This document shows, in pieces, positions 38,013 through 48,666 of a stretch of DNA of 64,000 bases. A program made the translations under genes and the position numbers. The stretch comes from an uncultured Nitrospiraceae bacterium (lineage in GTDB: Bacteria; Nitrospirota; Thermodesulfovibrionia; Thermodesulfovibrionales; SM23-35): the NCBI GenBank assembly GCA_963727775.1, contig CAVSHB010000004.1, forward strand, positions 96,001 to 160,000. Direction: 5' to 3'. Position 1 is the stretch's first letter; the number at the start of each line of letters is the position of its first letter. A model generated the notes under the pieces. That model saw only the letters and a program-made list of their open reading frames with translations, ran no database searches and was not told where the DNA came from.

Positions 38013-40235
38013 ATGGAAGCAATAAGTAGTTTTAGCCTATCATCGAATGCCTTAAAGGTCCTTGAAAAGAGATATCTAAAAAAGGACGAGGAAGGCAAGG
38101 TGGTCGAGAGGCCCGAGGATCTCTTCACAAGAGTAGCAAGAAGCGTCGCCGCTGCAGATCTGCAATACGGAAAATCTCTTGAAGAAGTCGGGACATTGGA
38201 GAAAGATTTTAACCGGATGCTGACCTCTCTGGCATTTCTTCCTAATAGCCCCACTATCATGAATGCGGGAAGGAGACTCGGGCAGTTGAGCGCCTGCTTC
38301 GTCCTTCCGGTAGATGATTCCATGGAGTCCATATTCGACGCGGTAAAATATACCGCGATCATCCATAAATCCGGCGGTGGAACGGGGTTCAGTTTTTCCA
38401 GGCTGAGACCTAACGGGGATATCGTAGGTTCGACAAAGGGCATCTCATCGGGACCCGTATCTTTCATGACCGTCTTTGACACAGCCACGGAAGCCGTTAA
38501 ACAGGGCGGCACGAGAAGAGGCGCTAATATGGGAATGCTGAGGGTTGACCACCCCGACATCCTCAATTTCATTACATGCAAGGACGATAACACGAAATTC
38601 AACAACTTTAATATCTCTGTTGCGCTCACCGACGAGTTTATGCAGGCGGTCGAAGAAGACAAGTCCTATGACCTTATCAACCCGAGGACGAAGAAGGTGA
38701 CACAAACCTTAAAGGCAAAGGACGTCTTTCACCTTATTGTGGAGCACGCCTGGAGAAACGGCGAACCTGGAATCGTCTTTATCGACAGGGTCAATGCCTC
38801 AAACCCTACCCCTAAAATCGGAAAGATAGAATCAACCAACCCGTGCGGTGAACAGCCTTTGCTGCCCTATGAATCCTGCAACCTCGGTTCGATCAATCTC
38901 GCAAGGATGGTGAAGACCGAAACAAAAGAAATTGATTGGGAAAAGCTCAAAGACACGACGCGGAAAGCAGTGCATTTTCTCGATAATGTCATAGACATCA
39001 ATAAATACCCTTTGCCTAAAATAGAGGAAATGACAAAGTCAAACAGAAAGATCGGCCTGGGTGTGATGGGATGGGCGGATATGCTCATCCAGCTCGGAAT
39101 CCCCTACAATTCCGAAAAGGCGGTGAACCTCGCGGAAGATGTAATGGGGTTCATCCAGAAGGAGGGGAAAGAAGCCTCGTCCGCACTTGCCGGAGAACGC
39201 GGTGTCTTCCGGAATTATGCAGGGAGCATCTATGACGGGAAGACACCTCTGAGGAACGCGACCATCACGACTATCGCACCTACAGGCACCCTCTCGATCA
39301 TAGCGGGCTGTTCATCGGGGATAGAACCTCTCTTTGCGGTATCTTTTGTAAGAACCGTAATGGAAGGCACAAAACTTATAGAGATAAACCCTTATTTTGA
39401 AAAGGTCGCAAAAGAACGCGGGTTCTGGTCCAGGGAACTCATGGAGAGGATCGCGGACAGGGGATCTGTGCAGGACTTCGATGAAATCCCTTCCGATATT
39501 AAAGCCGTATTTGTAACAGCCCACGATATTACCCCCGCAGAGCATATAACCATGCAGGCCGCGTTCCAGAAATTCATTGACAACGCAGTCTCTAAGACCG
39601 TGAATTTCCCTCACAGGGCAACGCCGAAAGATGTAGAGGATGTCTATCTTCTCGCATACAAACTCGGATGCAAGGGAGTTACCGTTTACAGGGACGGATC
39701 GAGGGAACAGCAGGTACTTACGAGAGGCACAAAGACCGAAAAGCAACAGCCTTCTGATGCGAGGCAGAAGATCGTGCCTAAGAAAAGACCTGATGTCATA
39801 AAGGGGACAACAAGACTTATGATAACCGGCTGCGGCAGACTCTACGTTACTATCAATGAGGATGAACAGGGACATCTCTTTGAACTCTTCACTTCCATGG
39901 GAAAGGCGGGCGGATGCGCGGCAAGCCAGTCAGAGGCGATCGGGAGGCTCGCGTCTTTGGCATTCAGGTCGAATGTAGAACCCGAAGAAGTTATAAAACA
40001 ACTAAAGGGCATCTCATGCCACTCACCCATATGGCATGAGGGCGGAAGAATTCTATCCTGCTCCGATGCCATCGCAAGGGCACTCGAAAAATATCACACA
40101 AAAGGTGTCAAAGGCAACGGAGACAGCCATAAAGTCACCATGATCATGGGCGCATGCCCTGAATGCGGCGGCGCAGTCGAGCAGGAAGGCGGATGCGCGG
40201 TATGCCATAACTGCGGATTCACCCGGTGCGGTTAG
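38013..40235 (+). CDS. nrdJ: Class II (B12-dependent) ribonucleotide reductase
   Basis: PNSPT, QLSACF, TNPCGEQ and IAPTGT motifs; TSCPD-like domain and C-terminal zinc ribbon. Confidence 0.93.
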   Translation: MEAISSFSLSSNALKVLEKRYLKKDEEGKVVERPEDLFTRVARSVAAADLQYGKSLEEVGTLEKDFNRMLTSLAFLPNSPTIMNAGRRLGQLSACFVLPVDDSMESIFDAVKYTAIIHKSGGGTGFSFSRLRPNGDIVGSTKGISSGPVSFMTVFDTATEAVKQGGTRRGANMGMLRVDHPDILNFITCKDDNTKFNNFNISVALTDEFMQAVEEDKSYDLINPRTKKVTQTLKAKDVFHLIVEHAWRNGEPGIVFIDRVNASNPTPKIGKIESTNPCGEQPLLPYESCNLGSINLARMVKTETKEIDWEKLKDTTRKAVHFLDNVIDINKYPLPKIEEMTKSNRKIGLGVMGWADMLIQLGIPYNSEKAVNLAEDVMGFIQKEGKEASSALAGERGVFRNYAGSIYDGKTPLRNATITTIAPTGTLSIIAGCSSGIEPLFAVSFVRTVMEGTKLIEINPYFEKVAKERGFWSRELMERIADRGSVQDFDEIPSDIKAVFVTAHDITPAEHITMQAAFQKFIDNAVSKTVNFPHRATPKDVEDVYLLAYKLGCKGVTVYRDGSREQQVLTRGTKTEKQQPSDARQKIVPKKRPDVIKGTTRLMITGCGRLYVTINEDEQGHLFELFTSMGKAGGCAASQSEAIGRLASLAFRSNVEPEEVIKQLKGISCHSPIWHEGGRILSCSDAIARALEKYHTKGVKGNGDSHKVTMIMGACPECGGAVEQEGGCAVCHNCGFTRCG

Positions 40236-40278
40236 TGGTATAAATATGTAAAGTTATAAGCAAGCCTTTCTTTATCCT

Positions 40279-40320
40279 CAGAACCCCCCAAGGAAATAAA
40301 TCTTAGGGGGTTCTTGCTTT
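40279..40320 (+). terminator. Hairpin after nrdJ
   Basis: AGAACCCCCCAAG...CTTAGGGGGTTCT followed by TGCTTT. Confidence 0.55.
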
Positions 40321-40628
40321 CGGCTTCTGTAAATAAATGGACTGAGGCCAAATCCAGCGATAGCAAATGTTTTATATATGTAAAATAAGTAACAAAATAT
40401 GTAATATGAGTAACAAAAGAAGTCATAATAATTAACAAACTTATCGTAGCGGTGTCATAAAAAAAATCGTCAAGCCGATGAATAATAAAGGCAATAGGAT
40501 TTGAGCATCTGTTTTTTGTTCACAACTAATTGATTTAAATATGTTTTTCAGATTTACGCTTAAAATTGAATTTACTTACCTCAACAGACAAGAAAAATAC
40601 CGGCATCCGGCGTGATCTATCCAGATTT

Positions 40629-40645
40629 GGGGCATAATAATTGCA
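40629..40645 (+). promoter_or_regulatory. Putative sigma54 promoter of the giant gene
   Basis: GG-CATAATAATT-GC (-24/-12); IHF-like CAACTAATTGATT near 40523. Confidence 0.55.
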
Positions 40646-40682
40646 TCATATAATAATGATGTATAGCATTAAGAATTTAAAT

Positions 40683-40717
40683 TATATATAATATATAATA
40701 TATAATATATAATATAT
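40683..40717. repeat. TATATAA tandem repeat (about 5 copies)
   Basis: tatatataatatataatatataatatataatatat. Confidence 0.8.
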
Positions 40718-40754
40718 CTTTCACCTAATATATAGATGAAAGAAGGGAGAATTT

Positions 40755-43700
40755 ATGAAGGTGACGAATATGAAAAATACTGATGGGTTGCCTCTGCATT
40801 GCCGATCCGCCCGCGTCAGGCTTATATACATGCTGTTGCTCGTTATCTTATTTGGCGTATTTGGTTGGACCGGGCACGCCTATGCTGAGGGCAGTCGATC
40901 TCTTTATCCTTCAAATTATCTGACGTTATATCCGCTGGGTTCCCGAGCGGACCTTGATCTTGAGCCCGGTGCCGTTGGCGCGCTAAATCAGTATGTTGGG
41001 AAGGTGACACGCAGCGGCTTTATATATGTTTATGCACAGCAAGGCGAATATATTGTGCTTGGATCGAGAAACCGCGTTTATCAAAGTGCCACTAACGGCA
41101 ACATTGCTGTTTATAATCCTACACAGAACTTCGGCATTCCCGGAGCTGAAAATTTCAATGCTGCCACTCCTGGCACCCCTGATTTCACCTGTTCGGGAGG
41201 GCTTCATACTGCTCCTCCGGGAGGAACTCCATCCAGCTACTACGACACAGGGGGGACAGTTTACGGACTGATAGCAACTCGTGCCCAGGAGTTAGCCGGA
41301 CCAAATAGCGCTGATAATTCTATACAAGTAACGAACGGATATCGGCCTTGTGCCTATTATGCGCAATCAACCGGTATCTATGGGGTGCTATTTTACCCGT
41401 CTACCAATGGCGCAGCCAATCCCGATGGCAGTATTGCCACTCCCATTGTCGAAAATCTAGGCGTTTCTGCATGGGACGTGACCGTACGCCCCACCAGTAC
41501 CTCTATCACCGATACCAACGGACGAGTCTTTACCTATGCCTTTATCGGTTATACCGGCGGCAACCAACTCCCCGTCTATACCAATCTCTATTACATTACT
41601 CAGGACGGCTATCGTTATTCCCAGTTCCTTAACGGACTGGATGGTAACGGGTATGCGCTATATGCGAATTCTCTCGGATTCATGGACAATGGGCAACCGT
41701 TATATAAAGACCTGCGCGGCAATGAGGCATTGGTGACCACACTGCCTTTGGGTGTTACAACTCAAACGGCTCAATATCCGACTTTTTTCAGCGACGTGAG
41801 CCCGTCAGGCTACAATGCTACCGAGATTAACCGCGTTCTTACAGCACTCAATATCCCGATCGCGCCTACTGCAGCGACAGTCTCCAACGTTCAATTTACC
41901 GGCACTGTATCCGGATCGACCTCGTACTTAGGAACAGGTGGGACGTTTTCATTTGATACGACTAATACCATTACGTACCAGATTGTCGTCAGCCTCGACG
42001 GGATCAATTATGATCCCTCGAATGCGAACAACGCTACGCTGACAGGGCTTGCTCCAAGCGGCAGTAACACCATTATCTGGAACGGCATGAACAATTCCAA
42101 CGTCAACTTCCCGTCAGGGGGACCGTATTACTACCAAGTTTACGGTCGTAACGGGGAAATCCATTTCCCAATTATCGATGCTGAGAATAATTATTACGGC
42201 GGTCCGGAAATTATCCGGCTCAACGGCGTTGGTGCGCCGTCTACTGCGGTCTATTATGACGACAGGGGTTATGTTCTGAGCACCGGCATCACCGTCGGGA
42301 CTCTCAACGGATACCTTTGCCCTACCGCAACCCCGGCGCAGCCTGTACCTGCATACAGTCTTACCGGCATTGATTCGTCGACCGCCTACCGGACCTGGGG
42401 TGTAAACACCGGGACCAGTAACACAAACTTCGATTGTACTTCTACCAATGCATGGGGTGATGCAAAAGCAGTTAATCTCTGGACTTATTATTCTTCTACC
42501 CCTACTCTTCAAACCTTGAATGTCATATCATTGCCTGTGGATGTGGCAACTTCAGTGAATGGGCCGGACACAGCAATTGCAGCCAGTACCGTACAAGGGA
42601 CTTTCACCTTTGCCAACAACGGGACTGCAATCGCCCATGGCGTAACCTATACCATGACACTGTCTGCCGGACTCACTAATGTAACTTTTGGCAATCTGCC
42701 CGTGGGAACGACAGCCACCTATAGCGCTGCTACTGGCATTGTAACCTTTGCGGGCACAGCCTTGCCGACAACGCTTACCGCAGGGCAGGCAGTGCTTGGC
42801 GCTACCACGACTGCGCCAATGACATACAGTTATACGGCTCCAGCGAGCGGCCCGGTAACAGTCAATACTACCATTGCAACTACGGACACGGACGGCTATC
42901 TTACAAATAATAGCGCGTCCATTACCACATACGTCGGTGCAGTCGATGTGCAGACGACTATAAACGTACTGCAAGAAGCTGAGCCATACGGTACAGTTAC
43001 CGGCAATATCCAGTTTACCAATAACGGGACAAGTGCTGCAGCTGGAGTAACCTATACGGCAACCATAGGAAATGGCAGTTATTATCCGACGTTGATTACC
43101 TTTACCAGTATTCCCACAGGGGTGACCCCGATCTATGACAATACAACCGGAGTGATTACATTTACCGGGTTACCTTCTACCCTTGGAAGCTCGGAAACTT
43201 TTAACATCGGTTTCAGTTATACCGCACCGGCGTCAGGTGTTATACCAGCCACTTCTGCCATCACCACCACCTCGACAGATCCCAATTCGGCCAATAATAT
43301 CTCCAGCGATAAGACATATGTAGGGCCGGATCTCACAGTAGCGAAGACCGACAACGGACCCTTTACCCCAGGGGGAACTGGGCAGTATACGATCACGGTC
43401 AGTAATATAGGCAATTTACCATCAACCGGTACGATAACGGTCACCGATACATTGCCGACAGGGTTGACCTATTCGTCGGGCACCACCGGTACGGGATGGA
43501 GTTGTGGTGCCGTAGGACAGGTAGTGACTTGCACATCTATTACAGCGATACCGGCAAACAGCGCAGGCAACACGATAACACTGATCGTTAACGTGTTAGC
43601 AACGGCTACGAGTCCGCTGGTCAATAACGTCAGTGTGAGCGGCGGTGGGGATGTCAACACGACAAATAATACAGCCTCTGATATAACAGTAGTAAATGCG

Positions 43701-46700
43701 TTGCAAGACCTGACGGTAACAAAGACCGACAACGGGCCATGGACTCAAGGTGGCACTGGGGCATATACAATCACGGTCAAAAACGTAGGGACAGCACAAA
43801 CAAACGGGGCAACAATAACAATTACCGATACGTTGCCGACGGGGTTAACCTATGTGTCCGGCACAGGTACAGGTTGGACCTGTAGTGCTGTGGGGCAGTT
43901 GGTAAACTGTACATCAAATGCAACCATACTACCGAACGGAACCAGCACAATAACGCTTAACGTCAACGTGTCGGCAACAGCTACGAGTCCGCTGGTCAAT
44001 ACTGTCACAGTCAGCGGAGGAGGAGAAACAAACACAAGCAACGATACAGCAACAGATTCAACAGTAGTAAACCAGCCTGACCTGACGGTAACGAAGACCG
44101 ACAACGGGCCATGGACTCGCAGTGGTACCGGAACATATACGATTACTGTCAAAAACGTAGGTACAGCAACGACAGCCAATACGATAACAGTAACAGATAC
44201 GTTGCCGACAGGCGTAACCTATGCGTCCCGCACAGGCACTAACTGGACCTGTAATGCTGTCGGTCAGGTAGTGACCTGCACCTCCAATACTGCGATAGGA
44301 GCAGGTGGTACCGCCCAACTGTTATTACTAAACGTCAATCTAACAGCAACAGCCACAGGTCCGCTGGTAAATAATGTCACCGTCAGTGTTGCCGGTGATA
44401 ACAATTCGTCCAATAATACAGGAACAGATTCAACGGCAGTAAACGGGGCTGACCTTACAGTAGCGAAGACCGACAACGGGTCATGGACTCAAGGGCAGAC
44501 CACAGCCCAGTATACAATCACAGTTAACAATATAGGTACGGCAACGACATCCGGGACAATAGCGGTAACCGATACCCTGCCGACAGGTGTAACCTATACA
44601 AGCCGCACTGGAAATCAATGGACCTGCACATACGCTGCGCCGGTGGTAACCTGCACTTACAATCGCGGTGGCACTTACACGATAGCGGCAGGCGGCACCG
44701 CCCAACTCTTATATCTAACTGTCACCGTGTCAGCAACAGCTACGAGTCCATTGGTCAATAATGTCACAGTTAGCGGTGGCAATGAAACGAATACGGCTAA
44801 CGATACAGCAACCGATTCGACAGTAGTAAACCAGCCTGACCTGATGATAACGAAGACTGACAACGGGCCATGGACTCTAGGTGGAACTGGCACATATACA
44901 ATCACTGTCAAAAACGTAGGGACAGCAACAACAGCCAATACGATAACAGTAACAGATACGTTGCCGACAGGCGTAACCTATGCGTCCCGCACAGGCACTA
45001 ACTGGACCTGTAATGCTGTCGGTCAGGTAGTGACCTGCACCTCCAATACTGCGATAGGAGCAGGTGGTACCGCCCAACTCTTATATCTAACTGTCACCGT
45101 GTCAGCAACAGCTACGAGTCCATTGGTCAATAATGTTACAGTTAGCGTTACCGGTGATAACAATGCGTTAAATAATGCGGCAACGGATACGACAATCGTA
45201 ACTCAACCCGACCTTACGGTAACAAAAAGTCATACGGGCAACTTTACTCAGAATGGAACTGGCACGTATACGATCACGGTCCAAAACATAGGCACAGCAA
45301 ATACGACCGCAGTAGCAACTGTGACCGATAACCTACCGACAGGATTAACCTTTGTGTCCGGCACTGGCGCAGGTTGGAACACCTGCACTGCTGCGGGGCA
45401 GGTAGTGACCTGCACACAGGTCACTGGGCAAAGCATAAACGCGGGGGCAGCCAGTAACCCTATTACGCTGACCGTCAACGTATTAGCAACAGCCACATCT
45501 CCGCTGGTTAATAGTGTAACCGTTAGCGGAGGCGGGGAAGTCAACACAAGCAATGATATGGCAACAGACTCGACAGTCATAAACCAGCCTGACCTGACAA
45601 TAACAAAAACTCATAATAATATAATCTTCTATCTGGGGCAGCCCGATGCGTATTATACGATCACGGTCAGTAACGCAGGTACGGCAGCTACAACCGGGAC
45701 AATTACGGTAACCGACACCTTGCCGACAGGTTTGACCTTTGTCTCTGGCATCGGAATGGGTTGGAGTTGCGGTGCTGCCGGGCAAGTAGTGACCTGCACA
45801 TCGAGCACCGCCATTGCAGCAAGCATCGCAGGCAACCCCAGCGCAGGCAACCCTATCACGTTGACGGTCAGTATTTCAATGAGTGCTCCCTATGCCTTGA
45901 CCAACAGCGCAACTGTGAGTCTTACAGGCCAGACCGAATCAAACCCCAATAACAATAACGCGTCAGATTCGACCACGATCATACCGACCCTTATCACTTT
46001 ATCCGACTTTCGCGCACACGAAGACAAAGGCAGCATGGTAATCGAATGGACAACCTCCTCAGAGGCGGGCACGGCAGGGTTTTATCTATTCAGGAAGGAC
46101 GCCTCAACCGGAGGGTACCAGCGCATAAACCGGAGGCTTTTGCCTGCATTGCTTACATCGTTACAGGGAGGCACCTACAGCCTTATCGACAAGGGCGCCT
46201 CACCGGGTCAAAGCTACACCTACTTACTCATGGAAGTAGAAGCCGGCGGCGCAAAGAACATACACGGACCGTTCACTGTTAGCACAACAGGTACCGCAAT
46301 AAACAATTTTGGGCTTTCTAATACGATAACCCCCGAGCTGCTGCTTAATCCTCCGAAGGTATCTACAAACACAGTAGTCAGGTCTTTTGCCTCAGACGGA
46401 AGTTCCAACATAAGCGTCCGTAACGACCCGTACAAAACAACCGTCGATTCAGGTCAGGACCTTTATTCCAACTATGTAAGGAAGGCCAAAGAGAACACAG
46501 TCCCCAAAGCAACCCAGGCAGTGCATATAAGAGCTTTAGCGGCAAGCACCGGAAGCGCTTCGATACAGACCGGGACATCGATAAAGATACCCGTAAGCAC
46601 AAATGGTCTTTATTCTCTGTCGTCCTCGACCATAGCAACACTATTGGGGATATCAGAGCAAAAAATAATACAGCTGATAAAAAACAATGGATTACAGCTA

Positions 46701-48629
46701 ACGAACAAAGACCAGGGAGTGGCCTATATGCCCGACACAGGAAACGCGGGCATACTGTTTTACGGCACAGGCATAAGCAATGATAACTATACAGACGAAA
46801 ACATCTACTGGTTAGCCGTGGGTAACGGAGTTCAGATGGTCAATATAAAAGGCAAAGGACCCCAGCCCGTTGCCGGAAATAACACCTTTACAGAGACTAT
46901 CCATGTGGAGCAGGACAACATCATCGTGCCGGTCATAACCACTGACCCTGAATCAGACTACTGGTTCTGGGACTATATTGTAGCCGGAGACCCTGACGAT
47001 GGCGTCAAGACCTTCACAATCCAGGCAAACGGTGTGGCCAATGCCTCAGGCAGCCTGAGTATAAACCTGCAGGGGTTCACCAATACCAAACACCATGCTT
47101 CATTCAAACTCAACGGCACACAGATAGCCGATACAGCAGATAAAGTATGGTACGGCCCGAACCCCAAAACAATCACCATTAATTACAGTCCCGGCCAGCT
47201 TTATGAAGGCAGCAATACAGTTGAAATCACAGGCTTGCTGGATAATCCGGACACGGATTACAGCATCTTCTATTTAAACTCATTCGACCTGACATACCAG
47301 AGGCTTTACCATGCCACAAACAACAGTCTGGTCTGCCACGACAATACAAACCCGGTGGTGACCATTACCGGGTTCACAGGACCTGACTTATCGCTTTTCG
47401 ATATCACAGACCCTCTGAACCCCAGGAACGTAACAGCCGCGAAGATAACCTCTACAGGCGGCGGTTATGCCCTAAGCTTCAATCCCGCATCGTCTGGTGC
47501 CGTTTATCTGGCCTTAAAGCAGGACGCTGTTATTCCTATTCCGACGGCAAATGTCAGGGCTGGCACAGTTCCCTGGCTCAAAGACAATAAAAACAAGGCA
47601 GACTATATCATCATTACCACGGCCGAGCTCAGTGACGCGGCAAATACACTGGCCGCCTACCGGAGCAACCAGGGGCTTACCGTTCAAACCGTATTGCTTG
47701 AAGAGATCCTCAATGAATTCAATTACGGCATATACAGTCCGGAGGCGATCAGAGACTTTCTCAGCTACGCCTATCATAGCTGGAAAAAAGCGCCCGGTTA
47801 CGTAGTTCTCGCAGGCAACGGCACATTTGACTACAAAAACAACCTTGGCAAGAATGATAACCTGATCCCGACGCTTATGACCTCCACACCATCTGGAGTT
47901 TATCCTTCGGACAACCTCTTTGCAGAGGTGGAAAACGATCATGTCCCGAGGATCGCCATAGGCAGGCTGCCTGTGCTGACAGCCTCGGACCTGACAAATG
48001 TAATCAACAAGATCGCCGTATACGAGGGCGCTACCGGCAATAAGGTCATCATGCTGGCCGATGTGCCCGATGACGCGGGGGCTTTCACGAAGGACAGCAA
48101 TGCTGTGTTAGCTCTATTACCTAAAAGCTACAGCGCAGAGACAATCTACCTGGCCGAACAGCCTGTCGGTACAGCTCACGACACGCTCATGGACTGGATA
48201 AATAATAAGGGGATCGTGTTCTTAAACTACATAGGGCACGGAGGGGTGGACCACCTTGCCATGCAACCCGTTCTCACAGAAGACGATGTTGTTTTCCACA
48301 TGACCAACAGCACGAAACTGCCTGTAATGGCGGCCATGACGTGTGTTGTGGGAGAGTATGGCATACCGGGTTATAACTCACTGAGCGAAGTGCTGGTGCT
48401 GCAAAACGGCGGCGGGGCGGCGGCTGTCTGGTCTCCCACGGGGATGTCATTCGACTCAGAGGCCCTGATACTCGATGAAGAGTTCTTCAAGGCGGGGTTC
48501 AAAGCCAAAAAAGCGGTGCTCGGCGACGTTATCCTTAAGGCGCTTAACGGCTTTAACAAAGCAGGCGGCCAGGACTTCATGATGGATATCTATAACCTCC
48601 TCGGCGACCCTGCTTTGAAACTCAGGTAA
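40755..48629 (+). CDS. 2624-aa secreted DUF11-repeat protein with C-terminal C25 (gingipain/PorU-like) peptidase
   Basis: Signal peptide; seven DLxxxK...YTITV.N.G...DTLP.G repeats; ADYIII, IAIGRLP, YIGHGG, MTC and YNLLGDP motifs. Confidence 0.88.
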   Translation: MKVTNMKNTDGLPLHCRSARVRLIYMLLLVILFGVFGWTGHAYAEGSRSLYPSNYLTLYPLGSRADLDLEPGAVGALNQYVGKVTRSGFIYVYAQQGEYIVLGSRNRVYQSATNGNIAVYNPTQNFGIPGAENFNAATPGTPDFTCSGGLHTAPPGGTPSSYYDTGGTVYGLIATRAQELAGPNSADNSIQVTNGYRPCAYYAQSTGIYGVLFYPSTNGAANPDGSIATPIVENLGVSAWDVTVRPTSTSITDTNGRVFTYAFIGYTGGNQLPVYTNLYYITQDGYRYSQFLNGLDGNGYALYANSLGFMDNGQPLYKDLRGNEALVTTLPLGVTTQTAQYPTFFSDVSPSGYNATEINRVLTALNIPIAPTAATVSNVQFTGTVSGSTSYLGTGGTFSFDTTNTITYQIVVSLDGINYDPSNANNATLTGLAPSGSNTIIWNGMNNSNVNFPSGGPYYYQVYGRNGEIHFPIIDAENNYYGGPEIIRLNGVGAPSTAVYYDDRGYVLSTGITVGTLNGYLCPTATPAQPVPAYSLTGIDSSTAYRTWGVNTGTSNTNFDCTSTNAWGDAKAVNLWTYYSSTPTLQTLNVISLPVDVATSVNGPDTAIAASTVQGTFTFANNGTAIAHGVTYTMTLSAGLTNVTFGNLPVGTTATYSAATGIVTFAGTALPTTLTAGQAVLGATTTAPMTYSYTAPASGPVTVNTTIATTDTDGYLTNNSASITTYVGAVDVQTTINVLQEAEPYGTVTGNIQFTNNGTSAAAGVTYTATIGNGSYYPTLITFTSIPTGVTPIYDNTTGVITFTGLPSTLGSSETFNIGFSYTAPASGVIPATSAITTTSTDPNSANNISSDKTYVGPDLTVAKTDNGPFTPGGTGQYTITVSNIGNLPSTGTITVTDTLPTGLTYSSGTTGTGWSCGAVGQVVTCTSITAIPANSAGNTITLIVNVLATATSPLVNNVSVSGGGDVNTTNNTASDITVVNALQDLTVTKTDNGPWTQGGTGAYTITVKNVGTAQTNGATITITDTLPTGLTYVSGTGTGWTCSAVGQLVNCTSNATILPNGTSTITLNVNVSATATSPLVNTVTVSGGGETNTSNDTATDSTVVNQPDLTVTKTDNGPWTRSGTGTYTITVKNVGTATTANTITVTDTLPTGVTYASRTGTNWTCNAVGQVVTCTSNTAIGAGGTAQLLLLNVNLTATATGPLVNNVTVSVAGDNNSSNNTGTDSTAVNGADLTVAKTDNGSWTQGQTTAQYTITVNNIGTATTSGTIAVTDTLPTGVTYTSRTGNQWTCTYAAPVVTCTYNRGGTYTIAAGGTAQLLYLTVTVSATATSPLVNNVTVSGGNETNTANDTATDSTVVNQPDLMITKTDNGPWTLGGTGTYTITVKNVGTATTANTITVTDTLPTGVTYASRTGTNWTCNAVGQVVTCTSNTAIGAGGTAQLLYLTVTVSATATSPLVNNVTVSVTGDNNALNNAATDTTIVTQPDLTVTKSHTGNFTQNGTGTYTITVQNIGTANTTAVATVTDNLPTGLTFVSGTGAGWNTCTAAGQVVTCTQVTGQSINAGAASNPITLTVNVLATATSPLVNSVTVSGGGEVNTSNDMATDSTVINQPDLTITKTHNNIIFYLGQPDAYYTITVSNAGTAATTGTITVTDTLPTGLTFVSGIGMGWSCGAAGQVVTCTSSTAIAASIAGNPSAGNPITLTVSISMSAPYALTNSATVSLTGQTESNPNNNNASDSTTIIPTLITLSDFRAHEDKGSMVIEWTTSSEAGTAGFYLFRKDASTGGYQRINRRLLPALLTSLQGGTYSLIDKGASPGQSYTYLLMEVEAGGAKNIHGPFTVSTTGTAINNFGLSNTITPELLLNPPKVSTNTVVRSFASDGSSNISVRNDPYKTTVDSGQDLYSNYVRKAKENTVPKATQAVHIRALAASTGSASIQTGTSIKIPVSTNGLYSLSSSTIATLLGISEQKIIQLIKNNGLQLTNKDQGVAYMPDTGNAGILFYGTGISNDNYTDENIYWLAVGNGVQMVNIKGKGPQPVAGNNTFTETIHVEQDNIIVPVITTDPESDYWFWDYIVAGDPDDGVKTFTIQANGVANASGSLSINLQGFTNTKHHASFKLNGTQIADTADKVWYGPNPKTITINYSPGQLYEGSNTVEITGLLDNPDTDYSIFYLNSFDLTYQRLYHATNNSLVCHDNTNPVVTITGFTGPDLSLFDITDPLNPRNVTAAKITSTGGGYALSFNPASSGAVYLALKQDAVIPIPTANVRAGTVPWLKDNKNKADYIIITTAELSDAANTLAAYRSNQGLTVQTVLLEEILNEFNYGIYSPEAIRDFLSYAYHSWKKAPGYVVLAGNGTFDYKNNLGKNDNLIPTLMTSTPSGVYPSDNLFAEVENDHVPRIAIGRLPVLTASDLTNVINKIAVYEGATGNKVIMLADVPDDAGAFTKDSNAVLALLPKSYSAETIYLAEQPVGTAHDTLMDWINNKGIVFLNYIGHGGVDHLAMQPVLTEDDVVFHMTNSTKLPVMAAMTCVVGEYGIPGYNSLSEVLVLQNGGGAAAVWSPTGMSFDSEALILDEEFFKAGFKAKKAVLGDVILKALNGFNKAGGQDFMMDIYNLLGDPALKLR

Positions 48630-48666
48630 AGATACACGATAGAAAAGAATGTTCTGTCGTCAGGCT

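Noticed and set aside
37964..38662. Long antisense ORFs over nrdJ (and likewise over lon, purD and the transposases)
   Set aside because: Shadow frames of well-supported genes.
44172..45079. DGR template/variable repeat pair
   Set aside because: The copies are identical, without adenine-specific changes, and no reverse transcriptase is nearby.
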